A stretch of 64,000 bases of DNA from Chrysomallon squamiferum (GCA_012295275.1 CM022667.1:17050001-17114000); one strand, 5' to 3'; shown: positions 25,620 to 53,439, counted from the stretch's first letter. Notes: generated by a model from the letters alone, not told the origin. Program-made: numbers and translations.

Positions 25620-26389
25620 CTTTTATATAACCCTTTGACGGGGTTAAAATTATAGAAAGGACACATGCCAAACTGAATAGATTTAATTTATATTCTTTCT
25701 ATATAACAAAACATACTTCAGAAACACAAATCTCATCTCACATGAAGATAAATAATTACTTGAGTCTCCATTAATTCCACTTATTCTGTCCATCACTGGC
25801 TTGATTATCGTAATTATATATCAGGATATTGGGTGACCAGAATATCAAGAGATCATATCAGTTGTCGATTGTTTATGTATACAGCCTACCAGACACTTGA
25901 ATATTCAGTGATTCAGGGCATGTATTCTGTATGTTGATGGTCTGACTTATCCTTAGTATCCAGGCATTCACAATGTATCCTTTGTATCATGGCCTTACGT
26001 GCCCTGCCCATGAGGTGTACATATATTTAAGGTATCAAGGACATATGGTATCCTGTGTATTAGATGTTTACATATCCTTCATTTTAGTAATTTAATCTAT
26101 CCTCTGTATCGTGATCCTGTGCAGACCTGTATTTCAGGAGCCTATATTTCTTGTATCTAATGTCTCACATGTCAGTGGTTTGCCTCTATACTGTGCATAT
26201 ATCAGGAGATAAGGTATGAGTAGATTTTACACATCCTTTGTGCTTCTGCTTAGACCATAGGGTTATAAATACAGACCTTGAATGTGTATTGATTATCATG
26301 ATTCTCTGTATTTAAGACTGATGTTGCTTGCACAGCATAGGCTCATTATTATACATACCAGGGTTTTACAAATCTTCTGGTTCATAGGG

Positions 26390-29300
26390 TCATGTTAAGT
26401 CTTCAATGTCCTGTGTATTAGTTGCTGTATCCTGAGAATCACTATCTGACTCAGACTCCTGATGAAAGAAACTTTCTTCACCCTCATCCAGTATTTCATC
26501 TTGCTCCAAATATTGTTGATGCACTAAACTTCTGTTGTTATGTGATGGTGAAACAGCTGCTGCTTTTCCTTCAGTCCTCTGTACTTCAGATGTTACAGAT
26601 GAATGACTAGATATATCACTAATAAAAAGTTCTGTTTCTTTCTGGGAACCATATGATGAACTGGAATTTACTGCAATTTCCATTTGTGGATCATGAAAAA
26701 TTAGAGAAGACTTTCTTTTTTTACTGCATAATGCTGAAGTAAATGTTTCTTTGTCTTTGGGCAACATCTCCAATTGGTGACTCTTAGATTTTGCACCAGT
26801 ATCAGGTTTTCCTTTATTTATACTCTCAGTTTTAAGTGGTCTTGAATTTGTAGTTTCTGATGAAATAGTCCTCAGCTCTGAAGATGAATTAAAGCTTAAT
26901 TTATTTTTGATTTCAACAGTTTCTTCACAATCTGATGTCCTACTTCTTTCAACTTTTCTTTCAGGAATACTTGTGGTTTTGTTATCTGTTTTTGCTTTAG
27001 AGGTAGATTCTGAAAAAATTTCATCATCTTCTACTTCAGAAATGGATCGTTTAGATACCATTTTACCACTCTTACCTACAGAACTCAAAGATAGTATTGA
27101 ACTATTTTCAACCTCAGATCCTAAACTTGTTACAGAAATTTTATTATTTTTGGATTCTTCTTCTTCTTCAGAACATTTTGATAATATATTGTCATTTTCA
27201 GCTTCTGTTTCAAAAGTCACTAACTCCATTTTATCATTGTGAACACTTTGTGACTTCTTGATGCCATTTTTTAGTCCTACAACAGAAGATAACACAGTAA
27301 CGTTTCCTCCTACATCTTCAGAATCTTTATCCATCTCATCTTCTGCCATCAGCTTAGATGTTTCTTGGTCATCTTCATGATTCTCTTCTGCTTTTTCCTC
27401 CATATTCGGGTACATCATATCTGATAGCACTTTGTCTCTGGTTGCTACTTCTGGTGCCATTTCACAGTCTTCTTGTGTTTCTGGATCACTAGCATCTGTC
27501 AACATTTCTGCTGATACTGTGTGAGGTATTAGAGGTTGTGGGATCATTGACGGATCATAATAGTCTCCTTTCAACCAGACATGTTTTGATCCTGTGACGT
27601 AATGTCGGAAATGTCGGAACACACGACTTCCTAGAGAGTTGTAGGATTCTCCCATCACCTAGAAATAAATGAAATATAATAAAATAAAATAATGAAATGA
27701 AATAAAATATTTGTATTTTATCAACATTAAAAACAAACAAACAAACAAACAAACAAACACATAAATAAATAAATAAATAAATATAAAAACAAAAACAAAT
27801 ACAAAGAAAGAAAAGAAATAAAAATAACATTTTTTTTTAATAAAACAAGAAAATAAATAAAATTACTTAATCAATATAAACTAGTTATTCTCAGCTCAGA
27901 TAACAGCAAACAAAATCTAAAAATAAAGACATGTTCCTAACAACATAAAAATTTATAGTTCAGATAATAAGCTAGTGAATCATTTCCCAATCTAGCCAGT
28001 TAATGCAGGGTGTGATAAATTGAGAGGAAAACTATTTACACCACCCTGTCTGTCCTTACACCTAAACAACAGTCTGTTGTCAGTATTTCTATAACATATT
28101 ATTTTTAACACTTACCTCAATTTCTAAAACTTCACTTCCAAGCTGTAATCTCGCTTTGTACAAGTTTTTTGTGCACGATGCATGGACACCGCGACTTTGG
28201 ATTGGTCCTAGAAGTTCTAACTCTAGTGTTTCTAAAATCTCCTCTCTCAGAGTGGTGACATCACTTCCAGAATCTACCATAAAATCTGAATTACAAGCCA
28301 AATAGGTGTTTTTATAATATGGTTTAATATAGGTTTCACATAACAGTTGTAACAGCATAAGTGATAGATTATAATATTATGTATATAGGAGATATATAGC
28401 AGAAAGTGAAGTAATGATATGTCCTAAACTACCAACAGTAAAACAGATTAATTGTTATTTGGTATTTTAAAATTATAGATTATTTATATTTGATAGTGAA
28501 AAATGAAGTAAAGAAGAATGAAAAAGATACCATGATGGTGTCTCTTCGGTAGTACTATATATTTATTAACAAAATGACATATAGGTATTACTCCTGTGTA
28601 CATTTGGGGACAAATGGACACAAGACAGAGGTGAAAACAAAAACACACACACACACAACAAAGTGTATGTATGTGTGTGTGTGAATGAGAAATATAGAGA
28701 TGCTAGGGACCAAGAGAACGAGAAAGTTACAAACGTACCAATGGTCTGACGTCTTGAATGGTGTGTTGTTGAGCCAATGGTTGCAGTCACACATAAAAAG
28801 TCATACTTTGCTTCTGTCAGGGTGACTGGCTTGCCCCACCAACCTTCACAAATGGCTGCTTCTGCCTCATCCACCGTCCGCTGACGTTTCCTCAACTTCT
28901 GGACTGTATAATAATACAAACTTATACATTTAACCTATAAACAGATGTGTGTGTGAGTGTGTGTGTGCGTGTGTGTGTGCGTGTAAAATGATGTTCATAA
29001 ACAATGAGTTCTTGTTAAGAATGATGAAATAATTATTAAAAATGGTTTGTTTAGAATAGCCTGAATTTATCACTGGTGTTTCAAGTCAAGGCAATGTAGA
29101 GTTGCTTGTTTTTATTGTCTATGTCAGTTTTCACTAACATTATTTTTTCTTATAGAACAGTTTGTTCTGACATAGCAAAGAGTGAAGATTATGAAAATAC
29201 TTCCACCATTGTTTTATGTTTGTGTGTGTTTTTGTGAATATGTGTGTGTTGACTATATTTATATATGAATATATTGGGTTGAGGAATAAGCCATTGTGGT

Positions 29301-30028
29301 TAAATTAAATTTACTCATTACATAGAAGAAAACTTAAGCTTAACTGATAACAAGATGTAATTTAATCAATAATGTATTCTCTATTGTTATTTACCACTTC
29401 TTTCCAATGGTTAAAAAGGTTTTCAGTGCCGCTGCAATAAATTTGAATCAATTATGAACCGCAATGACTTATTCCTCAACCTAGTATATATATATATATA
29501 TGTATGTGGGTGTGTCTTTGTGTGTGTAGTGTGTATGTATGTGTATATATATGTATATGTCTTTCTATTTGTGTATATGTGTATATGTGAGTGTGTGAGT
29601 GCATGTGTGTTTGTGTATATATGTATATATCTTTCAAAGTGTGTGTATGTGGATGAATATGCATATGTGTGAGTATGCATGTGCGTGTGCGTGTGTGTGT
29701 GTGTGTGTGGATCCACCTATATGATAATGAATAAACTGGCACGTGTTTATATACTGTTTATATTTGGGCACACACCAGCTCTTTCTAATCTTCGTTGGTG
29801 TCCTGTTAACGTTATTTCCAGTTCTTCATAGAGCTCATCATCAGGAAGCTCGAGATTTCTGATGTCATCAAAATCAACAAGTTCACTTCTGACAAAACTC
29901 ACGTAGTAATAATCTAAACCATTGTCTCGCAGCCAGAGATAGACTCTGAAGTCATCACTCACCCTGTGAATAGGTGCTGTGAAATAAAAATAAATAAAAA
30001 TAGATATCAAACACATGTACATGTATGA

Positions 30029-30082
<54 letters not shown>

Positions 30083-30678
30083 ACAACATAGGTTACTATT
30101 CATAAATGTTTGTCTGACTGTCAGTTTACATAAAACACTTCTGCTATCAAGGGATTATCCCCAGACATGAAAAAGTAAATGACTCCTAGAAAGAACTAAG
30201 TAAGGATGTCTGACTTCATAACGGTATTAATGATCTGCAGAAGTAAACATCCAGATGTCGACATAATTATTCAGAACTGCCTTTGCCGGTATTAATATAT
30301 CCAATTACAAGTAATTCATGTTGTGAATTTCAAAAATTAAAACACAAAATTCAAATAACAGCAATAAAATTTATTATAACATTTGTCTGTAATAACGGAA
30401 AAATAATAAAAACTGTTTACGTCTGTTGTTAATGACTTAATAATAATCACTAAGTTGACGTATTACATACCTGCGGCTAGCAGTACACATCTGTGTTCCG
30501 GGACCGTTATGTTTAATTCATCTAAATCCGAGGTCGTTAAATGCGGTAAATCTGTTTCCAAATCAAATCCCTTTGCGACAAATGTTTCGTAATACTGATC
30601 CATACCTATAGACTGTAGAAATATTTTGATCCCTTTCGCAATTTCATGATAGTTTTCATTTGATCCAGCCCACGCCAT
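26390..30678 (-). CDS. Uncharacterised SAM-SAM-retropepsin-like aspartic protease with a disordered acidic/Ser-rich tail, 5 exons, ~670 aa
   Basis: Exons (minus): 30678-30471, 29976-29776, 28903-28739, 28285-28116, 27658-26390; GT-AG, phases 1,1,1,0, 2013 nt open. SAM1 IKIFLQSIGMDQYYETFVAKGFDLETDLPHLTTSDLDELNITVPEHRCVLLAA; SAM2 VYLWLRDNGLDYYYVSFVRSELVDFDDIRNL..ELEITLTGHQRRLERAVQKL; protease DFMVDSGSDVTTLREEILETLEL..YKARLQLGSEVLEIEVMGESYNSLGSRVFRHF. Confidence 0.85.
30030..30080. repeat. (TG)n microsatellite
   Basis: Seen directly; a degenerate TG/TA tract also lies at 29485-29710. Confidence 0.95.
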
Positions 30679-31098
30679 GTTGTTGCTATAAATCCACCCC
30701 GCATGAGATCGCTTACTCAAACATCCCTAAAATGACTGTGTGTAAAACGTATTGTAAGATAATTTAGGTCATGCCCTAATAACGCCGGGGTATGCCTTTG
30801 TTAATCGAAAAAAAAATATCAGATTTTAGTGGTGATCTATCACGTTCATTGGTCTTTCTGCTGAAGCAGAAACGAAGCTTAGCAACAACCAATGAAAAAA
30901 CACAAGGAATTCCCTTATTTAACATCCGCTCTAAAGAGTTTCAAACGATTTCTGGTCGCCTAGGTATCAACAATCTCGTGTATTTTCGTCAAAATTGTGA
31001 GCTTTTGAAAGAAAACACGGAAAAGGCCGAACATTGTCACGTGATTACTTCCAAATATATTAGCGCACGTGATCAGTCGGGATTACACGACATCAAAT
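30679..31098. promoter_or_regulatory. Putative bidirectional promoter SAM-protease / GMDS with two CACGTG E-boxes
   Basis: 420 bp between divergent ATGs; CpG-rich; GTCACGTGAT (CACGTG 31038-31043) and GCACGTGAT (31066-31071); YY1-like CAAATATGGCTGC overlapping the GMDS ATG. Confidence 0.65.
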
Positions 31099-45778
<14,680 letters not shown>

Positions 45779-48700
45779 ACATTATGTAGGTACCATTTTT
45801 ATATATCACAATACACTAACTACAAACATTAGTTACGTTTAGCAAGAAGCTTCAGAATTTATTACACTCTCTGTCTATTCATTCATCATTTTATTCTTAA
45901 ATTTCAGTAGGATGTCACCAAACCAGAAGTCTTTAGATGATCTCAAAACATTTGTGGGAAGCAGTTAAATTCATCTGACACCATGTTGTGTTCCTTGCAA
46001 TATGAAGTACCTGTTTATTTATATTCTTTAATTTTATTTTTTGAGAGGTATCATACATAAAAAAATATGTAAGATGTATCACAGCTACATAAGCTATGTG
46101 CTTTAATGCCTATTTGCTTTTGCTTCTTTCTAAATTTATGTTATTATTTTTAATAATATGCCTTAATTGTTTTTAAAAATATATATTTAGGTTAAATAGA
46201 CAGTATTGTTTAAAAAGTACTGAAGTGATATTCTCTTCCTGTCTCTCTTTGTTTTTTTTCATCATTGTTTTACAAATAACTGATTTAAATATAGAAACTG
46301 GGATCAGATTTAAAATGGACATTACAAAATTATATCTAGCTTGGCTTTATTTGCTTAAAACAAAAATATTAGATTATTTTATTTTATTAGCTAAGTAGTT
46401 TTTAAATATTCTCAATCTTTGATCTATTTATGGATGGTTTGAAGCAGTCTTTTAAGCTGCCTGGTTCTTCTAGGACTGATCAAAATACTTTTAAATTTTA
46501 AACTGCAAGTTGTTAAATCATCTACTGACCAAAGCTCTGTGAATATAATGTCTACCAAACAATTAAGAATATACATTTAATTTTCTTTTTTTTTTAAATA
46601 TATTTTTTGTTGAATTTGTTCCTAGAAAATTGTCTTTCCACATTAATATTGCTATTCCTTTACTTATGGTTTTTGCTAAGAAAGGAAACAAAACAACTAA
46701 AAAAAGAAATGTTAAGTAAATTTCAAGTAATGTCCATTCCTAAATACATTTGGTCAAAACCTAACCTGGTCAGTAGTAGGACTTGCTGTAATTAATTCAC
46801 TGGAACATGATTTTTTCCCTTTCATATAAACATTATGTACACATAAATATATATATAAACACACGCACACTCATTAAAAATCATTGTAAATTGTGAACTA
46901 GTTTTTACATAATCTTCTATTTAAAAGTTTACATATGCACCTGTTTATTATTTTTTTTAACTAACATAAAATTCCAGCTTTCAGAAATTAACAGTTGTGT
47001 TACTATAATGTCCAAGTCTGATTTATGTCATCAACAAACAGAATCTCAGTGCAATTTTTTTTTTTTTTTTTTGTGTTTGGGTCTTGTTTGTCTTGGTTGG
47101 TTGAAGGTATGATTGTTGTTTTTTTGTAAAATTTTTGGTTTCTATTATTATTTTTTTGGAGGGTAGGTTTCATTATTATTTATTTATTTATTTTTATTTT
47201 CTATCTATAATACAGAATGTGATCCTGCTACTGCTATAGATACATGTCTGTATATGTGGGAATCTCAGATTGTAAAAACTAATATAACTTAATAATCATA
47301 GATGATAGTGCTATTTCAAAAAATTTACATGATCAAAGATCAGATTATGAGCTATGGTGAAAATGAATCTACAACAGTAATGGATTACTTTTTAGGTTTT
47401 GACATTCTAAGATCTGCTATTGTTGAAACAATTAAAAAAATGTACAGTTTATGTAGGGAAAGCAGAATAATATTTACAATACAAAATTTTGTTACTAGCC
47501 ATCCATGTTAATAATTTTGAAACATTGGGCTTATGGCTTTATATGAATGTTTTAAATATGTATAATTATGTACCATATATATTTGATCTTATCTCAACAC
47601 ACCACTATTTTGAAACTGACTGTATAGTATTAGAACTAATTACTACCAAAAATTATTTGCCAAAACTGAAAGTGCAATCTCCATCACTATGTCACATAAC
47701 TTACTTTACTGTGGTTTTTAAAAGATTTCTTCATATTTTACTTGTGCCATAATCATTTTGTGTATACTGCCTTGTAGCAGTGTCAGTTTCAAAATTATTA
47801 TAGATTTTGTTGTTATTACTGTTATTATTATATATCAGATTTTTTTTTTACCCCTCTAATTCTGTTTCCATTGTCAAAATATTAAATATGACATGTACAT
47901 AAATAAAGAGACCCACTTGAATAGTAACTTGATAAGTGGTTAACAACATTTAAAAAAATAAAAATACGTTTGTGTACAATTCTCTCCAGGTAGGGTTTAT
48001 TCAAATTGTTAAGATGTGGGACCACAGTAAATATCTTTTTTACTGAGCAGTTATCATACTTTTATTCATCAAAACATTTTTACCTACAGCTACCTAGTAT
48101 TTCCATAAGAATTTTGTTACTATACTGTCTACCAAGATTTTTTTTTTTTTTTAGTGTCTGTTTTAAATTTAAAAAAAAAGTTTTATTTAATAAGCCTGAA
48201 ATATATATATATATATATATATATAAAATCTGAGGTAATGACAATCAAGCATGGCTTCAGCCAGTTTACACCAATAATAAAGTTTAACAATAATATAACA
48301 AACGTCAAAATAAACTGAAGGTTATTATTTTCATCTTTTTTTTTTCTAAAATTTATATAATTTACTGGGGGGGTTTCTGATTCATATCATTATACAAACT
48401 ATATTCAAATTATGTAAGACACAAACAGATATCCTTGAGACATAGGTAAAACAAATAATAGAAAGGATTTTAAGTAAGAAATTGTAGATACTGAGGGATG
48501 CTCATGCAGCTGCAATGAAAATCATTTTTTCAGTTTTAACACTGCAGGTGGGAAAAGCTTTATTTTATTTTATTTTATTTTTTTCCTTTGTCATATAAAA
48601 TTTTGTAATTTTTTACATTTTGAAATCCATTTAACTCCACATTTTTGTATGTACATTGTGTATTTACTTAATTTTTGGGTGTTTTTTTTTCTTTTTAAAC

Positions 48701-50999
48701 TAAAATTCATGTTTTCTTATATTAATATAATTGTTTGCTTCTTTTACAATGATTTACAATGATTTTTGTTTTGTATTCTGTATTCATTACTATTATTATT
48801 ATTATTATTAAGGGTTTAGATTTAGAACTAAAAAGACTAATCAAGAGAACATTAATTTTTGAGATGTTGAAATGTTAAAGTATTTTAGACTAAAATTCTG
48901 ACACTGATGAACCATTCAATATATATCACTATATGATCTAAAATAATTTTAAACTTATTTACTTTGAAATTCAAATTATTTTCAGTTTTAATATTAATAT
49001 TATTATTATCATAGTTGTGATTTTTCTTTATTTTCAGATATGATTATTGTTGTAAATAATGTTTGAATGATCCGCATACAATTTACTATAATCCAGACAT
49101 TTCTAAAAAACAATTAATTTCTTTAGAGCTAATTTACACCATTTTTAGCTATTGTAGTATTTATTATGTTTAGATATGGCCATAGTCATGCTTTTGGTAA
49201 ATCTTACATAATCTGATTCAAGCAAAGTATTATTATCATGGACAATTGAAAGCAGGTTTACCCCAGACTATTTGAGTCATAGATCTGATAGCTTTATAGT
49301 TAACAAACAGAGTATTATTAATTTTGACAGCTTTTATATTTCTATAAATTTAATTACTTTTACAACAGAAATATATTTATACATCTTTATTTTATAATAT
49401 CAAATTAAAGGATTTAATTTATGAGGTATATTTATTAAATATGTAAAAAAAAAAAAAATGTTTACCATAATTATATAAGTTCAAAAAAGAAAATTAAAAT
49501 TAAAATAAGAAATGTGAAAGAATATCCTTTACACTGACATCAAAGAAACAGATTTTTCAGCAAGATACAAATTATGATGATGAGGAATGCTTGTAAAATG
49601 AAAGTCTTTTTTAATTTTTTTTATTCATTTGGGAACAGCTTTGTTATTTTCCTTTGTTCATCTTTCTGTTACATAAAATTTTGTTGTTATGTAAACATTT
49701 ATAGCACTCACTTTAAAGTTATTGTATGAAATTGTCTGTAAATATGAGGGAAATAATAGAAATATAACATGTTTCCACGAAAAATACAAAATGAATCAAA
49801 CTATTTTAAAAGTGCTGTATATTTCATTTTTTTTATTTCTTGGAATATTTTTAATAATAATAATAATAATAATTATTATTATTATTATTAAATGGCTCCA
49901 AATGTAGACGTTCTTTTTTCTTTTCTCCCCCCCCCCATTGGCTGTCTTACCAGTCACATTCGACACAGAAATAAATAATAGTTAAGTGTTATGAATTGAA
50001 ATAAAATTGTGAAAAGGTTGTTTTTTTTTTTTTTTTTTTTTTTTTTTACAGTAATAATAAATGTTCTGTGACTTTCAACATTTTCTTAAATATGAACACT
50101 AAAATGCAGTAACGTTATTTGAATTCATTACAGAATAATGAAATATTTATCATTTTAAATTTATATTTTGTGAATAGCATTGATCAAAAAAAAAAAAAAT
50201 TATACAAGAAATGTTTTTGTATCTTTCATGGAATCATGCCACAGGTGTTACAATAAAAAGGCTTAGGCATAATTGTTATTTTTACCTTCAACTTATTTGG
50301 GATATTTTAGTAATAAAATGGTTTATATTTTGCAGAGGTTGTTACTTTGTTTTGGCTGATTTCAGATACTGTGTCTGCTAGTTACTGTTGGAATAGTACT
50401 AACTGCAATGACGATTATTCTGTTCTTCCACTTCATTATTTTTATTTCAGTCATTCCGTTTTAAATCAAGGATTGACATTAAATTTTGAACTCAAGTTAT
50501 ATATCAGATGAATTATCATTTGTTATTAATATTTAACTGACAGTACAAACATTATTATACTGATTTTTAATTAACTGTTGTCGTTATATGCAATGCTTGA
50601 AGACAATTATTAGCGAAAAAACAAAAATGACGGCGCTATTGATATCGGCATCACGGTGTTGCTAACAAATAATTTTGAACATCAGTACAACAGGCAGAAT
50701 TTTTTTCATCAGACTTAAATCTGTATTATTTAAGGAAGGTGCCAGAAAGCAGAATTTAAAAAGAAAAAAAGAAGAAAAAAAGTACATTAAAACCCCAAAA
50801 CTATCGATGGATACAGTTAGGGATAATGCCGCCGATCAGTTAGATTATAATTGTTAAATTGTTTTAAATAAATAAATAAATGAATAAATAAATTCTATAT
50901 TCACACACGTACCCATATACACACACCAGGAATTTGTGTAACTACTTCGTTTCAGAATCTAGTAATAAAACAGATTAAATATGTTTTGATAATGAAGAA

Positions 51000-51620
51000 C
51001 GCGCGTGGTGAGGTCAACGACTTTGTAAACAAACTTTCCAAAGCCATATTCTTTTAAATTAATTTACGACTGCAAGATCGTACATCGTTCCGGGTTGTTT
51101 TTTTCACTCCCGAACTCAATTTTCCATTCCAACGAACAAAAGGATGCACTCGCATTTGAAAATTAGTTCGGAAAAACTAGAAAATTGGAATTAAAGTAGC
51201 AATATGGCGAGGCGATTCTAGGTCCGCTTTTGATGCGATCGCCGACGGATGACGGTCTTTGATTGGAGTGATTTGGCTTTTTGAAAGACTTGTTTTGATT
51301 GGGCAACGAGGCAGACGCGTAACGGAGAAGCTCGCGGCCTTTCATCGGGACTAATTCAATATCAGGGAAGTTGTGTGCGGTATTAATTTTGAAAAAGAAA
51401 CATGATATCTATTGGCCGAGGCATAAATCCATTAACAGGTTAAAGAACTTGATGTTCCGCTCTGTGCAATTCGATATGAAAGCAGCTGGATGTCAAATTT
51501 TCTAATACACCCACAACTTTGGCCTCAAGCCGTTTTTGTTTTTCAAATGTATCCGCGTGAACGTGGAATAACATGACAACAAATCGGGCAGAAATTGCCA
51601 ATCTTTAAAGTTATTAACTC
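51000..51620. promoter_or_regulatory. CpG-rich non-coding island, candidate enhancer or promoter
   Basis: High CpG and sequence complexity in AT-rich DNA; GTAAACA (forkhead-type) near 51024, TTTACGAC (posterior Hox/Cdx-type) near 51063, YY1-like CAATATGGCG near 51200, ATTGG at about 51262, 51298 and 51411. Confidence 0.45.
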
Positions 51621-51822
51621 GAGCTTCTTCCCGATTAAGTGATATCCTTATTTTCTTTATTTATTTATTTATTTTTTTATTTTATTATTATTTTTTAAAA
51701 TTATTTTTAATCATTATTTCCCTTTTTTATTTCTCTGTTTCCCATTTCTTTCTCCATCTGTTTTTCTGTTCATAAACGTATGTTTTCTGTTTTACATATT
51801 AATAATATGTTTTCTTTTCAAG

Positions 51823-51827
<5 letters not shown>

Positions 51828-51900
<73 letters not shown>
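51828..51900. repeat. (TC)n microsatellite
   Basis: Seen directly. Confidence 0.95.
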
Positions 51901-51903
<3 letters not shown>

Positions 51904-52235
51904 GAATTTGAAATAAAAATGTATTTTATTGACGTTGCCTTTGTTATGTTACTATTATTAGCTTCAACCTTATATTGTTTTTTAATTTATACAGATGTAT
52001 TTGTGTACGTGAATATCCGTGCGTGCAATTTATTTATTTTTTATTTTTATTCTTTATGTTATTTATGTATCTCTTTTAATATATATATATATATATATTT
52101 GTTGTATCTTTGTTGGATCATTATTTCATTTCTCGACTTCTTCTAACTATCATCATTATCATCGTCATCGTCATCATTATTATTAATTGTTGTTATATTG
52201 TTGTTGTTATTATTACTATTCTTCTTCTTCTTCTT

Positions 52236-52266
<31 letters not shown>

Positions 52267-52996
52267 TTATTATTATTATTTCCAACTAAAACACTGAGGT
52301 TTCTAAAGCAATCTTCAACAACACTCGCCAAATGTTAAAAGAGGTTCGCGAAATAATATTTATATTTCATCATACGTCAAGTTTTCTGACAAAGCAACAC
52401 TGGCTATAATCATAATTTGAGGATTTTTTTCTCTGTCTTTCTTTCTCTCCATCTTTTCTTTGAATTGACATATTCTTTATTGTTACTTGGGTTTGAACTG
52501 TTTGGTTAAGGACTGTCTTGTTTGTGCTACGGGAAATGTATAAACAATAATATTTTCAGTTTAAATATGGCGGCCGTCGTCAGTGTGTAAGGAAAACAGT
52601 AAAAATTATGATCAAACATTGAAATGTTGGGCTGCAGCGTCAGAAGAAATATGCAGTTTGTACGTAGAAGACGTAGAAAAATCTTGTCCTTTTCGTATTA
52701 TTTTGTATTGTAAATAACTTATGCATATATTTAGTAATTATAACTAACTCAAAGATATTAAAAAAAAAAAAAAAAAGGATTACTAAATAATTTCAAAACG
52801 AAAGGAAGTCCAAAATTTGCGATGGTTTGTATAATAATAATTATTCTGTAGCTTGGTAGTATTTTTATTTAGTGTTACTATTACTGCTTCTGCTGTTAAT
52901 ATTTCTATTATTATTATTATTACTACCAACATTTACAATTATTTTTACTATCACAAGACAACTTGTCTATATCTATTTCTGCTGCTGCAGTATCTT

Positions 52997-53030
<34 letters not shown>

Positions 53031-53439
53031 CACTGGTATTAAATCATCTCATTTCTGTTATTTCAAACCCTTCTTCTTCTTCTTTTTCTTCTTCTTATTA
53101 TTATTACTGTTCAAAAATTAAAAAGTGTTTACCTCTTAAAATGAAATGGAAACCTGAAAAGAAAAATGTTCATTTTATTTCTGAGGATTTCTCAAAAGTG
53201 ACTATTCAACCACTGAATTAGACCCAAAATATGTTTTTAACTTGACAAGAGAAAAAAATCACGTTTGAGAAGAGATGATTTAAAAATCGATGTTGTTCTA
53301 ATTGGAGATACACAGATATGAAGCATTTATTATTATTAAACATTATTCTTCAAACTTGGATACTTACGTATATAAAAGAATTAAGTTAACATGAAGTATT
53401 TATATTATTTATATATCACGACTGTGTGTGTGTTCTTTA

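Noticed and set aside
28089-28358. DSG protease ORF as an LTR-retrotransposon fragment
   Set aside because: Bounded by canonical splice sites in phase with the flanking exons; no gag, RT, integrase or LTRs.
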